DNA from: Alphaproteobacteria bacterium
GTDB lineage: Bacteria; Pseudomonadota; Alphaproteobacteria; JABAAW01; JAHZMA01
DNA: 64,000 nt
Assembly (NCBI GenBank): GCA_965243045.1
Contig: CBDETR010000004.1
Location: forward strand, 759,985-823,984
Direction: 5' to 3'
In this document: positions 50,500 to 61,114 of the stretch, piece by piece
Position numbering within the stretch: position 1 is the first letter of the stretch
How the letters are laid out: every line of letters begins with the position of its first letter
The notes under the pieces: model-generated
Database searches by the model: none
The model's input: the letters and a program-made list of their open reading frames with translations, nothing else
Told to the model about the DNA's origin: nothing
Position numbers and translations under genes: made by a program

Positions 50500-51793
50500 T
50501 TGCTATCCCATCAGCAAAAATAATACCAATCTTTTGGTTTCTTTTCAGTTGATGTGACTGTTTGATTAATTCGCCTGAGGAATCTTTAATCAGGCTAAAC
50601 CCACGTTGTAATGTTTTGCGGTAAGAATAGCTTTCCAATTTCACCTCGTGAATTTCTAACTTACGACGCGCAATTTGTAGTTTCTTTTGATAAATATTAT
50701 CGATACGCGCGCTATGATGGTTACATTGTTGCTTTTTTAATTGTACGAAGTTACGGATATTGGGCAAAATTATCTTTTGCATATGATGACGGTTTTTTTC
50801 AAAAATGCGTGTTATCGCATGGTGCATTTTCATACCAGAAAAATCAATATGTTGCTGATAGGTTTCAAAAATATGTGATTTTTGAGTTAAAAATTTTCCA
50901 GCTTGTTGTAATTGAAAACGGTTATTCTGCTTGAAATGAGAGATAGCGCGCCGTAACCTTTGTTGATAATTGTTAAGGTCAATCAGCAAATCATCTTTAA
51001 CAGGCGTTGCCATTTCAGCGGCGGCTGTTGGGGTAGGGGCACGGTAATCAGCCGCTTCATCAATTAATGTGTGGTCGGTTTCATGCCCGATGGCAGAAAT
51101 GAGGGGGATAGTTGATTCAGCCACTGCTCTGACAACAATTTCTTCATTAAAGCACCATAAATCTTCTAATGAGCCACCGCCACGAGCAACAATGATTAAA
51201 TCAGGGCGAGGCGTCATTTTTTGTAAGGCATTAATGGCATGGGCAATTTCATTCTCAGCCCCTTGCCCCTGCACTCTAACAGGGTAAAGCATCACATGGC
51301 AGGGCATTCTTTGTTCGATACGGTGTAAAATATCTTTGATAACAGCACCGGTTGCCGAGCTAACCACCCCAATATGCTGTGGCATAAGCGGTAATAAGCG
51401 GGGGATGCGCGAAAACAAACCTTGTTCAGAAAGTTTTTTACGCCTATCATTGAGCATTTTTAAGAGCGCGCCTTCACCGGCAATTTCCAATTTTTCAACG
51501 ATGATTTGATAATTGGAGCGCGCGCCATAGGTTGTGATTTTGCCAAGCGCAATCACTTCAGTGCCTTCTTCTAATAAAGATGATAATTTATCTGCCACCG
51601 AACGCCAGCAAATTGCATTCAGCACTGATTTTTCATCTTTCAAAGAATAATAGACATGCCCAGATGTGGCGCGTTTTAATCCTGATATTTCACCACGAAT
51701 CCGCACATAACCAAATTGAGTTTCAACATGTTTTTTCAGTGCTTCTGAAAATTGGCTCACTTGGTAGATAGGGGGATGGTTGATTAAATCCAT
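50480..51793 (-). CDS. xseA: Exodeoxyribonuclease VII large subunit
   Basis: N-terminal OB-fold and catalytic domain pattern of XseA. 437 aa. Confidence 0.9.
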   Translation of the reverse strand: MDLINHPPIYQVSQFSEALKKHVETQFGYVRIRGEISGLKRATSGHVYYSLKDEKSVLNAICWRSVADKLSSLLEEGTEVIALGKITTYGARSNYQIIVEKLEIAGEGALLKMLNDRRKKLSEQGLFSRIPRLLPLMPQHIGVVSSATGAVIKDILHRIEQRMPCHVMLYPVRVQGQGAENEIAHAINALQKMTPRPDLIIVARGGGSLEDLWCFNEEIVVRAVAESTIPLISAIGHETDHTLIDEAADYRAPTPTAAAEMATPVKDDLLIDLNNYQQRLRRAISHFKQNNRFQLQQAGKFLTQKSHIFETYQQHIDFSGMKMHHAITRIFEKNRHHMQKIILPNIRNFVQLKKQQCNHHSARIDNIYQKKLQIARRKLEIHEVKLESYSYRKTLQRGFSLIKDSSGELIKQSHQLKRNQKIGIIFADGIANATIDE

Positions 51794-51794
51794 C

Positions 51795-53195
51795 TTACAA
51801 CCAGATGCGTCGTAATGACCTTAACCGATAGTGAATTTTCTTGAATAAAGTAACATTCTTTGATTGTGTGTTGAGATGTTCAACCTCGCGCACATTGGCA
51901 AGCACGGAAATAATCGCAATAAAATTGGGAATTGCCATTAATGCCAATGCCAATTCATGAATACGAATGAAATAGATAGAAATGGTAAAAGTAGAAAGTG
52001 GGATAAGTGCAACCCAAAAAATACGCGCAGGCCAAATTGCTATTTGACCAAACAGAAAGAAACAGACTGTTTCAACATAATAGCCCCATGATAAAATTGC
52101 CGCGAGTGACATCATTAAGATGGTGACAACAATGGCTTCACGCCCGTAAGATTCAACATGCTCAAAAAACTGCACCAATTGTAAGATGCTATCGCCATCA
52201 GCATTTAAGGCACCAGAAAGATAAATTACGAAACTGATTAAGAAAGTAACCATAATGCCCGCAATCAAATTGGCAATCACTGCCATATAGCCTTGTTGAC
52301 GGGCATCATATGTAACGGTTGCACTATGGGCGATACCGCTTGTGCCAAGCCCTGTGCCAGTACCATAAAGGGCGCGCGCAAAACCTAAAATAACCATTGT
52401 GCTGATGCTGGCACCCGTGCGCAGGCTTCGTTCACTAAAGGCTTCACTAAAAATCAGCTTAAAAAATTCAGGCAGTTGATTGCCGTAAAAAAACAAGACA
52501 TAAACCAGCATGATGGCAAACATAAACAGACTTGCCCCCATCAAGATTGAAACGATGATGGAGGTGAGGCGTACCCCATAGCAAATACATATACCAACAA
52601 TCGTAATAATGCCAATCATGATATAAAAGGGATTAATGTCAAAATAATCATGCCCTAATTGACTGATAAAGCGAACAGGCAGATGATTGCCTAAACCCAC
52701 CGAACCAATTAGCAAAAAGATGCAGTAAAGAATGGCGAGAAACCCCCCTAAGAATGCAGCGTTTTTGCCCAACCCATATTTAAGCACATACATCGGACCA
52801 CCCACAAAATGCCCCATATCAGTGACTTTGCGGAAAAGAATGGATTGAATGGTTTCAATATATTTGACACCCAATAGCAAAATGGTAAAAATCCAAATAT
52901 AAAACAACACCCCATAGCCAGCAATTGCAATCACCAAAACGGTGCCAAGCAAATGCCCTGCGGTCATAGAAGTTGCGATGGACATAAGAAAGCCACTGCG
53001 TGGGGTAATGCCTAATCCAAAGGTTTCTTTTTGAAATGAGAATATTTTACGGGTTGCACTTTTCAATAATTGCCATTGCACAATAAAACCTGCGCCCAAT
53101 CGTAAAGGCAGGCTACCTGCCACCAAAAAGGCAATGATAGGCAAGAATGAAATCCATAAAAATTCGTTAATATTGCTTATTAAGGTGATATTCAT
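51795..53195 (-). CDS. Alanine/glycine:cation symporter (AGCS) family transporter
   Basis: Multi-TM protein with a GLGTSGIAHSAT motif (cf. AGCS GLGSAPIAHAAA). Confidence 0.65.
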   Translation of the reverse strand: MNITLISNINEFLWISFLPIIAFLVAGSLPLRLGAGFIVQWQLLKSATRKIFSFQKETFGLGITPRSGFLMSIATSMTAGHLLGTVLVIAIAGYGVLFYIWIFTILLLGVKYIETIQSILFRKVTDMGHFVGGPMYVLKYGLGKNAAFLGGFLAILYCIFLLIGSVGLGNHLPVRFISQLGHDYFDINPFYIMIGIITIVGICICYGVRLTSIIVSILMGASLFMFAIMLVYVLFFYGNQLPEFFKLIFSEAFSERSLRTGASISTMVILGFARALYGTGTGLGTSGIAHSATVTYDARQQGYMAVIANLIAGIMVTFLISFVIYLSGALNADGDSILQLVQFFEHVESYGREAIVVTILMMSLAAILSWGYYVETVCFFLFGQIAIWPARIFWVALIPLSTFTISIYFIRIHELALALMAIPNFIAIISVLANVREVEHLNTQSKNVTLFKKIHYRLRSLRRIWL

Positions 53196-53198
53196 TTT

Positions 53199-53942
53199 TT
53201 ATAATAATTCTGATGTTTCGTGGCTTAAGGCTACAGAAACACGTGCGCGGTGATTTTTCTGCAAATTATTCAGGCGATAACCGTTTTTCTCACTCAGTAA
53301 AATTTCAGGTTTTACATCACCTGATTCAATTTTTTGCCGCAAGCGATAAATATGTGTTTCTAGCGTATGGGTATCTATATTATTTTGATAACCCCATACA
53401 TCTTGTAATAATTTTTCACGTTCTACTGTTTTGCCACCCGCACGGCACAAATAATTCAAAATTTGACTTTCTTTTTCAGTTAGATTGGTTTTGCGATTAT
53501 TCATAAGTAAATAATTTTTGTCGGTTTGAAAATGCCAAGGACCAAACTGCCAATGGACCGCCGCAATCATTCTATCAAGCGCATCTAACAAATCATTGAG
53601 TCGGAATGGTTTTTCAAGCAAATAAAACGAAGGAAAGAAACTGCTATTTTCTTGCTCTTTGGTTACCATTTGCGTCAGAATAACAGCAGGAGGATAGGCA
53701 ATCATATCATATTGGTTAAAATTTTTATGATTGAGAATATCATCACCAATAATCAACGCATCATAATTATTTTGATGCATTTGTTCAGACATTTTTTCAA
53801 GACCTTTTGCTGTATCGCAAGTAAAATTCCCCGATTGCGTCAGCAATGCTTTCAACTCATCAGCAATAAGCTCATGATTTTCAATAATGATAAGACGATT
53901 TTTCATGACCCTATTGTTACCTGTAAACGGCTGTGCCGTCAA
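53199..53942 (-). CDS. OmpR/PhoB-type winged-helix response regulator with atypical receiver acidic pocket
   Basis: C-terminal trans_reg_C (...THIYRLRQKI). The receiver has conserved K (LEKPF) and T (ILTQ), but the DD pair is replaced by E-N (IIIENHE). Confidence 0.7.
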   Translation of the reverse strand: MTAQPFTGNNRVMKNRLIIIENHELIADELKALLTQSGNFTCDTAKGLEKMSEQMHQNNYDALIIGDDILNHKNFNQYDMIAYPPAVILTQMVTKEQENSSFFPSFYLLEKPFRLNDLLDALDRMIAAVHWQFGPWHFQTDKNYLLMNNRKTNLTEKESQILNYLCRAGGKTVEREKLLQDVWGYQNNIDTHTLETHIYRLRQKIESGDVKPEILLSEKNGYRLNNLQKNHRARVSVALSHETSELL

Positions 53943-55405
53943 GTATTAGCCTTATCAATTTGCTGTTTAATCTGCGTTAATTCAGAATCAGCAATGGGTT
54001 GCGCTTGTAAAATAGTGATGGCTTGCTGTAATAATTGCACCAAAGTTTTGTTATTATTGGCTTCACTTCTAAAAACTAGCGCATTTTCAGTATTAGAAGC
54101 ACGGATAAGCCACCAATTATCACCATCTTCCACTCGGATACCATCAATATCATTATGGTTCAGTTTAAGCGCTTTCACATGTTTGATGATATTTTGCATG
54201 ATGGTTTGCTTTTCTTCTTCTATAACCTCAATACGAATTTCAGCTGTGCCACACATTTTAGGCAATGCGTTGACTAAATCGGCTAATGTTTGTTGATGAT
54301 TGATTTTGGCATCTATGACACGATTCATCAATTTAATGGCAGCATAAGGCGCATCATCAAAATAATGATTATCCGCGAAAAAAATATGCCCGCTCATTTC
54401 AGTAGCAAATTCTGCCTTTTCGCGCATCATCGCTGTTTTAATCAAAGAATGACCTGTGGCAACAATTTTTGCCTTTCCACCCATATTTTGCACCGTTTTT
54501 ATGGCAGATGAAGAAATCTTGACATCGCCCAAAATAAGACTGCCGGGTTTTTCACGCAACACATCATAACTAAGAATCGGCAAAAGCTGGTCGCCATATA
54601 AAATCTGTCCTTCATGGTCAATCACGCCTAACCTATCGCCATCGCCATCGAAGGCAAAACCTAAATCAAGTTGGTTTTCTTTGATTAAATTTTGCAAGGC
54701 AACCATATTTTCTGGCTTTGAAGGGTCGGGATGGTGATTGGGGAACGTGCCATCAATTTTTTCATAAATCAAATAATGTTCGCCCGGTAATTGTTGGGTA
54801 AGATTTTTAATAATATCACCTGCCGCGCCATTACCCATATCCCATCCTATTTTCAGGTCCCAACCTATTTTCAGTGAATGATGCGTGGTTTTAACCTGTT
54901 TCATCAGGAATGCAAGATAGGCTTCAGAAATATTCTGCGTTGTAAAATTGCCAGCCTGTGGTGCGTCCGTAAACTTCCCTTGTTCAGCACGTTCGGGCAG
55001 AGATGCAATATCATCACCAAAAAAGGGTTTGCTATCCATCATGATTTTAATGCCATTATATTGTGGCGGATTATGCGACCCTGTCACCATCAGGGCTAAG
55101 CCCGCTTTTTCACACGCGCTGGCATGGTAAAGCATGGGAGTTGGCACAAGCCCGATAGAGGTAACATCCATACCTGTTTGTAGCACCCCTTCTGCCAAGG
55201 CATTGGCAAGTTGCGGTGAGCTTAACCTACCATCAAATCCGATAACACAATTGGCAAGATTTTTTTCAATCGCCCAATTTGCCAGTAAATTCCCTATGGA
55301 GTGATAAATTTCTTCATCAATCGTTTCCCCTACAATACCCCGAATATCATAGCTACGAAAAATGCTTTTATGAAAATTAAGAAAATGATGCTTAGCAGTC
55401 GGCAT
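53939..55405 (-). CDS. pgm: Phosphoglucomutase/phosphomannomutase
   Basis: Active-site TGSHNPPQYNG and Mg loop DGDGDR. Contains an in-frame 18-nt tandem duplication (LKIGWDLKIGWD). Confidence 0.9.
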   Translation of the reverse strand: MPTAKHHFLNFHKSIFRSYDIRGIVGETIDEEIYHSIGNLLANWAIEKNLANCVIGFDGRLSSPQLANALAEGVLQTGMDVTSIGLVPTPMLYHASACEKAGLALMVTGSHNPPQYNGIKIMMDSKPFFGDDIASLPERAEQGKFTDAPQAGNFTTQNISEAYLAFLMKQVKTTHHSLKIGWDLKIGWDMGNGAAGDIIKNLTQQLPGEHYLIYEKIDGTFPNHHPDPSKPENMVALQNLIKENQLDLGFAFDGDGDRLGVIDHEGQILYGDQLLPILSYDVLREKPGSLILGDVKISSSAIKTVQNMGGKAKIVATGHSLIKTAMMREKAEFATEMSGHIFFADNHYFDDAPYAAIKLMNRVIDAKINHQQTLADLVNALPKMCGTAEIRIEVIEEEKQTIMQNIIKHVKALKLNHNDIDGIRVEDGDNWWLIRASNTENALVFRSEANNNKTLVQLLQQAITILQAQPIADSELTQIKQQIDKANT

Positions 55406-56273
55406 ATTTTTTAATAATTTCACACATATCTACTTTTAAGTCATCACTGCGTAAGGCGGCGGCAATATTGGCTTCTAGCCAACCTGTGCGCTTGCCACAA
55501 TCGAACCGTTCGCCTGAATAAAGTACGCCGTAAATATCGCGTGTTTCTAACTGCGCGCTAATCGCATCGGTTAATTGAATTTCGCCGCCTGCGCCTGTTT
55601 GTTTTTTATTAAGATGAACGAAAATACCGGGGTCAAGAACATAACGCCCAATGATACAGTGGTTAGAAGGGGTTTCTTCTACAGATGGTTTTTCTACCAC
55701 AACATTAGCCCTTACTGCTACAGTGCCTGATTTTAAGGTAATATCAGTGCCTGCAATCACGCCATAACGAACAACATCATCTTTGGGCAAATCTTGCATG
55801 GCAATGGCTAATCCACCTGTTTCTTCGTAAGTATCTATCAACATTTTTGTACAATTTTGTTCGCCTAACAGCAATTCATCAGGTGATAAAATGGCAAAAG
55901 GTTCGTTACCTGCCCAATGGCGCGCGCACCAAATGGCATGCCCTAACCCTAAACGCTCATCTTGGCGCAGATAGGTAATAGCACCTGTTTCAGGCAAATA
56001 AGAAACGATAGCATCCGCCACATCATCTTTGCCAGTTCTGCGTAAAAAAGCTTCCATATCGGGATTGCGGTCAAAATGGTCTTGAATGCTGGTTTTTTCA
56101 CGCGCGGTGATAATTAGAATATGTTCAATACCAGCATTTAAGGCTTCTTCTACCACATATTGAATCAGCGGTTTGGTAGCAACAGGAAGCATTTCTTTGG
56201 GTACAATCTTGGTTGCAGGTAACATTCTGGTGCCCAAACCAGCTGCGGGAATAACGGCTTTTCTAACGCGCAT
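55392..56273 (-). CDS. galU: UTP--glucose-1-phosphate uridylyltransferase
   Basis: AAGLGTRMLPATK...KEMLPV N-terminal signature. Confidence 0.9.
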   Translation of the reverse strand: MRVRKAVIPAAGLGTRMLPATKIVPKEMLPVATKPLIQYVVEEALNAGIEHILIITAREKTSIQDHFDRNPDMEAFLRRTGKDDVADAIVSYLPETGAITYLRQDERLGLGHAIWCARHWAGNEPFAILSPDELLLGEQNCTKMLIDTYEETGGLAIAMQDLPKDDVVRYGVIAGTDITLKSGTVAVRANVVVEKPSVEETPSNHCIIGRYVLDPGIFVHLNKKQTGAGGEIQLTDAISAQLETRDIYGVLYSGERFDCGKRTGWLEANIAAALRSDDLKVDMCEIIKKYADC

Positions 56274-56358
56274 AATAACCTTATCATCATTGTAAAAAAT
56301 TAAAAAATAACGCTGTTTTATAGCTGATTATAGGCTTGGTTGCAACTATTATAAAAAT

Positions 56359-58506
56359 CTAAGCTGATTGTAACAAACGAACCGCATTATCATGTTCAAA
56401 AAGATAGAGCAAAAGCGCAATGTTTTTTCGATTATTTTTATCGTTATTTACCAAGTCATTTTCAAGTGCTTTATCTGCCATGATTTGCGCTATATCAATC
56501 AAATGGTGATGCGCCACCCAATCTACAAACCGAAAATCAGGCAAGCCACTTTGGCGGATACCCAGCATATCACCACCGCCACGCAATTTTAAGTCCATTT
56601 CGGCAATGGCAAAACCATCATGATGATGGCGAATTGTTTTCAATCGTTCTTGCCCATTGGCACTTAATATTTCATCATGAATCAGCAAACAGTAAGAATC
56701 AGTTTCCCCACGTCCGATTCTACCGCGCAACTGATGCAAGGCTGCCAAACCAAATTGTTCCGCATGTTCAATCACCATGATGCTGGCTTCTTTAATATCA
56801 ACCCCTACTTCAATCACGGTAGTGGCAACTAAAATTTGTGCTTTGCCATCGCTGAAATTATGCAGGGCTTTGTCTTTTTGCGTGGCAGGCATTTTGCCAT
56901 GAAGCTGTTCTATCAGTTCAGGGGAGAAATAATTTTGCAACATCGTCGCCCGCGAGGTAACATCATTTTTTTTCTGCTTTTGTGGATTTTCATCTTCATC
57001 ATTTTGCTCAATAAGCGGGCAGACCCAATAGATTTTCCGCCCTTCAGCAATGGCGCGCGTGATGGCATCAATAATTTCAGCCATACGGCTTTGAGAAAAC
57101 AACCTTGTCACAATGGGTTTGCGTCCTTTGGGTAATTCAGTCAGGCGTGATACTTCTAAATTATGCCAATGGCTTAGCATTAAGGTGCGTGGAATCGGGG
57201 TTGCGCTCATCACCATCATATCTAAATTTTTGGCTTTTTCAGAAAAAATCAATCGCTGATGGACACCGAAACGATGCTGTTCATCAATCACGGCTAGCCG
57301 CAAATCATGGTAGCGTACTTGTTCTTGAAATAACGCATGTGTGCCAATAACCATCTGCGGAGACTTATCAATCGTATAATGATTGATGCGCTCAAGGGCG
57401 GCTTTCTTTTCTGTCGATTTCATTTTGCCAGTGAGTAAAATAATCTCAATATTATGTTTCTCAAGCAAGATACGGAAATTATGATAATGCTGTTTGGCAA
57501 GAATATCGGTGGGTGCCATCAAGGCTGATTGTCCCTCTATGCCTGATGCCAGCACCATTGCAAGCAAGGCAAGAATCGTTTTACCACTGCCGACATCTCC
57601 TTGTAACAAACGCAACATTCGGGTAGGGGCGTGCAAAGATTCCTTAATTTCATCAAATGTTTTTTGTTGCGATGGAGTGAGCGTAAAAGGCAAATCAGCA
57701 ATAATTTTCTGGCATAAAGCAAGATTATCATCATGGTTATTTCTGTTTTTTGTTTGCTTGTAACCATATTTTTTCATCAAACCTAGCATTAATTGATTGG
57801 CATATAATTCATCAAGAGCAAGGCGCGTATGTGCGGGCGATTGGGGCAGAATATCATCGGGTTGTTTGGGCTGATGAATCTGGTGGAGCGCATCATAAAA
57901 TGAGGGGAGTTGATATTTTTCAAGCGTTTCTTCATCAAGCCATTCAGGAAATTTGGGCAGATGCGTGAGGGCTGTTTCCATGATTTTACGAAACATCAGA
58001 CGGCTTAAACCAGTGGTTAGCGGATAGATAGGCTCTAATGAAAGAGTGGTTGGAATCGCTTCATCAGGTTTTAAGTGCATGATATGCGGATGTACCATTT
58101 GCAATTTTTGTCTGTAAATATCCACTCTGCCCGCCAGTAAGATAGGTTGATTCAGGGGTAAGGTGCGATTGAGATATTCTTGCTTGATATTAAAGAAAAT
58201 TAATTCTAGGCGGGTGCTTGCATCATTATCAGAATCCATCATGATGATACGATAGGGCATGCCACGTTTGGGCGGCGCGATATGTTGAATCGGCACAGCT
58301 TTTATCAATACTTCTTGTCCATCATAATGATGCGCGCTGGTTAAATTTTCAACAAGAATCCTGTTAAGTGCCGTGCGAGGGAAATGGCATAAAATATCCC
58401 AAATTGTTTTACCGGCAAGGTTGGTTAATTTTTCTTGTAATTTTGCACCTACCCCTTTCAGCGTTGCAACCGAAGCGAAAAGCGGGTAGAGCTGTTCGGG
58501 GCGCAT
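56359..58506 (-). CDS. recG: ATP-dependent DNA helicase RecG
   Basis: Wedge domain plus SF2 helicase motifs (GDVGSGKT, DEQHRFG). Confidence 0.95.
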   Translation of the reverse strand: MRPEQLYPLFASVATLKGVGAKLQEKLTNLAGKTIWDILCHFPRTALNRILVENLTSAHHYDGQEVLIKAVPIQHIAPPKRGMPYRIIMMDSDNDASTRLELIFFNIKQEYLNRTLPLNQPILLAGRVDIYRQKLQMVHPHIMHLKPDEAIPTTLSLEPIYPLTTGLSRLMFRKIMETALTHLPKFPEWLDEETLEKYQLPSFYDALHQIHQPKQPDDILPQSPAHTRLALDELYANQLMLGLMKKYGYKQTKNRNNHDDNLALCQKIIADLPFTLTPSQQKTFDEIKESLHAPTRMLRLLQGDVGSGKTILALLAMVLASGIEGQSALMAPTDILAKQHYHNFRILLEKHNIEIILLTGKMKSTEKKAALERINHYTIDKSPQMVIGTHALFQEQVRYHDLRLAVIDEQHRFGVHQRLIFSEKAKNLDMMVMSATPIPRTLMLSHWHNLEVSRLTELPKGRKPIVTRLFSQSRMAEIIDAITRAIAEGRKIYWVCPLIEQNDEDENPQKQKKNDVTSRATMLQNYFSPELIEQLHGKMPATQKDKALHNFSDGKAQILVATTVIEVGVDIKEASIMVIEHAEQFGLAALHQLRGRIGRGETDSYCLLIHDEILSANGQERLKTIRHHHDGFAIAEMDLKLRGGGDMLGIRQSGLPDFRFVDWVAHHHLIDIAQIMADKALENDLVNNDKNNRKNIALLLYLFEHDNAVRLLQSA

Positions 58507-59536
58507 TATTTTCCTGCGAAAATTTCAGGGTAAAGTGTGCGGGCAAGATGTTCTACGGCATCAATGGCAGCCGGGCTAATTTGCCAATCACCTTGAAAGA
58601 TAGGGATAATATTACTAATCGCACGCGAATCAGAAAAATTTTCTTCAATAATTTTGCGTTTATAAAGTAATAAATCTTGGTTGCCATCAAAAGGGATAAT
58701 CACATGGTCAGGTTCTCACGGCGCAATGTTGCCCAGCGTAATGCAGGGCGTTCAGGGTCGGTAATGGCAATATTTTCTGCCCCTGCTTTTTCTAAAATGA
58801 TAGTTTCTATAGAACCTGCACGCGGACCATAAGGGGTTTTCAAACCGCCTTCAAAATAGAAAATCCGCTTGGGTTTTTTGCCCGCTAATTTATTGGCGAC
58901 GGCACGCAAACGGGCTTGATATTGTGTGACTAAATCTTGGGCTTGTTTCTGCCTACCTGTTAGTTTGCCAATGGCTAACATATCAGTGAATAAATCTTCA
59001 AAGGTGGCTTTATAGCTTTTATCAAATGCTGATTTGCACGAGATGCTATTGATAAAGGTGAAAATTTTTCTACCATGCAGATTGGTGCGTAATTTACGGG
59101 CGGTTTTTGGATAAATGCCTTGATAATAACCCGCTAAATAAAATTTTGTTTTGCGTCCGATTAAATCGGTAACGCTAGGATAGCGAATATTCAAAAATTT
59201 CAATCTATTGATATGGTCTAACACATTGCGTTTTAATCGAAAACTGCTCAAATTTTTCTGCCCTAAACGTGCCGAATACCACGCCCGATATTGTAATGAA
59301 TTACGATTGATGCCACTCATACTATTGGCGCGGTCGTGAATATTTAATACCGCTAAAATTTCATACATGGCTGTGCCGTGAAAAGCAATGCCACTATTGA
59401 TGGGGGCAGGGTAATTAATCTTACTGTTACAATTGGTTAAGGTCAGTGCCTGCGCGGAGGTGATACTCATCACGCCACTTAAAAATAACAGGGTAATAAT
59501 AGAAAAAAACCTAGCCTTCATGATTATTAAATTCAT
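58506..59536 (-). pseudogene. BtuF/HmuT/FecB-type (TroA-like) periplasmic binding protein gene, interrupted by a 1-nt frameshift
   Basis: Signal peptide MNLIIMKARFFSIITLLFLSGVMSITSAQA. ...KKPKRIFYFEGG...GAENIA... continues into PDHVIIPFDG...LARTLYPE only after a -1 shift inside GAGAACCTGACC (- strand), ~58706-58717 on the + strand. Confidence 0.6.
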
Positions 59537-59906
59537 GGTAATGAATGGGTGGAATACGCCCTTTGACTTTTGCGCGTAATATTTTGGGGCGTTTTGCAAA
59601 AGGCACAATGCCATCATCTGCTTGCTTATAAAGCTGGAACCATTCTAACAACATATCTTGATGCTGTTCATGCGAAATATCATTCAAAAGATAGCTGAAT
59701 TTATCAGGATGATTTATACTAATGGCGCAGGGGCTATCACATTGCACAAGGCATTTTACTGCTTTAATAGCATGATGTTGCCCTGTTTCTTGACAAAGTT
59801 CAACCATTTTATCATAGAGTAATTTCCCCGGGCGGGTTTCACTATCATCATGATTTTTTTCACGACAGGTGACACAAATATGAAGCGAATGTTGTTCAGA
59901 AGACAT
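59511..59906 (-). CDS. DUF1636 family metal-binding protein (often B12-cluster associated)
   Basis: Cys pattern CVTCR...CLVQCDSPC. ~130 aa. Confidence 0.6.
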   Translation of the reverse strand: MSSEQHSLHICVTCREKNHDDSETRPGKLLYDKMVELCQETGQHHAIKAVKCLVQCDSPCAISINHPDKFSYLLNDISHEQHQDMLLEWFQLYKQADDGIVPFAKRPKILRAKVKGRIPPIHYHEFNNHEG

Positions 59907-59918
59907 TATCTATCTAAC

Positions 59919-60356
59919 CTAACTTAGGGGGTGCTTTTTAATAACAAGAGTGCCTGCTATTTTATCGTGCAAGGCTTGGCGCAAATCATTTGTAAGCATC
60001 ATCCAATGCCCTAGCCATAAAATCAATGATGAAAGAATGCTCACACCATAGCGAAGCGAGGCGGTTGTTAAAGTGAGTTGTTGAAGCTCCATAGTCATAA
60101 TTTCTAATCTCATTGCGCGCATTCCTAAAGTAGCACGTTTTGTAGAGCTATGTTGTGAGCCGAAATAAAGCCACTCTATTGACAGAACATGCCAAAATTT
60201 GAGGTGAACAACACCCTCAAAATAATTATTCGTCATGATAATCACAACAAAAAGTGAACTACAAATCACAAGGTAATCTATCAGAACTGCCATAAATCTT
60301 TCTGGCAAGCTAGCATATATGATGTTTTCATTATTATTATCGTTTTGCACCGACAT
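59919..60356 (-). CDS. RDD family membrane protein
   Basis: RFMAVLIDYLV... with two TM helices, RDD-domain like. Confidence 0.6.
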   Translation of the reverse strand: MSVQNDNNNENIIYASLPERFMAVLIDYLVICSSLFVVIIMTNNYFEGVVHLKFWHVLSIEWLYFGSQHSSTKRATLGMRAMRLEIMTMELQQLTLTTASLRYGVSILSSLILWLGHWMMLTNDLRQALHDKIAGTLVIKKHPLS

Positions 60357-60439
60357 TGTTTTATATCCTAAAGATGATGTATTTATGCTACCATAATCTT
60401 GCGCTATTTTTAAGTTATTGCAAGAAGATTATCAGCCTT

Positions 60440-61006
60440 TTATGGCAAAGGAACTGGATTATCGCTTAAATTACGTAACCATAAAATTAGATTTGCACGG
60501 TCTTTATCACTTTTAATCCCTACGAAATTCATTTTTGTGCCGGGAATATATTTTTTTGGCTTATATAAAAATTCATTAAGTGATTCGAAATCCCAAGAAC
60601 CGCCACTTGCCAACAACGCTTCAGAATAAGAGAAGCCTTCTGTTGTGCCACGTGCGCGCGCAACAATATCCCATTGGTTAGGACCGATACGGTTAGGACC
60701 GCCTTTGGCAAAAGTATGGCAGGCAGTGCATTTTTTTGCAATTTTCTCGCCAACAATCGCATCAGCCGATGCCAATAAATCAGTAACTGGTGGCAGAATT
60801 TCTTCTACTTTTTCAGTCACTGCTCCATTCGATTCTTCAGGAACCTCGATATTATAGGCAAATTTCTGTCCTTCGCCATGTTCACCACCATGCCCGGTAC
60901 TTTCTTTAAGTACGATTTCATCAATGACGAAATCAACCATCAGCATCACAAATAATGCGGTTAATACAGAAGCTGCAATTTTGTTTATTAATAAAGGGTC
61001 TTTCAT
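60440..61006 (-). CDS. cycM: Membrane-anchored class I cytochrome c (CycM-like)
   Basis: N-terminal TM anchor, CTACH haem-binding motif, downstream Met ligand region. Confidence 0.8.
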   Translation of the reverse strand: MKDPLLINKIAASVLTALFVMLMVDFVIDEIVLKESTGHGGEHGEGQKFAYNIEVPEESNGAVTEKVEEILPPVTDLLASADAIVGEKIAKKCTACHTFAKGGPNRIGPNQWDIVARARGTTEGFSYSEALLASGGSWDFESLNEFLYKPKKYIPGTKMNFVGIKSDKDRANLILWLRNLSDNPVPLP

Positions 61007-61114
61007 TCAAAGAATCCATTAAATAATGATAGAAGTTGTTGCTAATTATCGGTATAACTCTAATAGAAAAATAAATCAAATGCTTTATGAGATTTTTTAG
61101 GAAGCCTATTTATA

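Noticed and set aside
58506-58703. Stand-alone 65-aa gene
   Set aside because: The sequence is the conserved C-terminal lobe (DxIIpF...LA..LyPE) of the upstream binding protein. It is separated only by a 1-nt frameshift.
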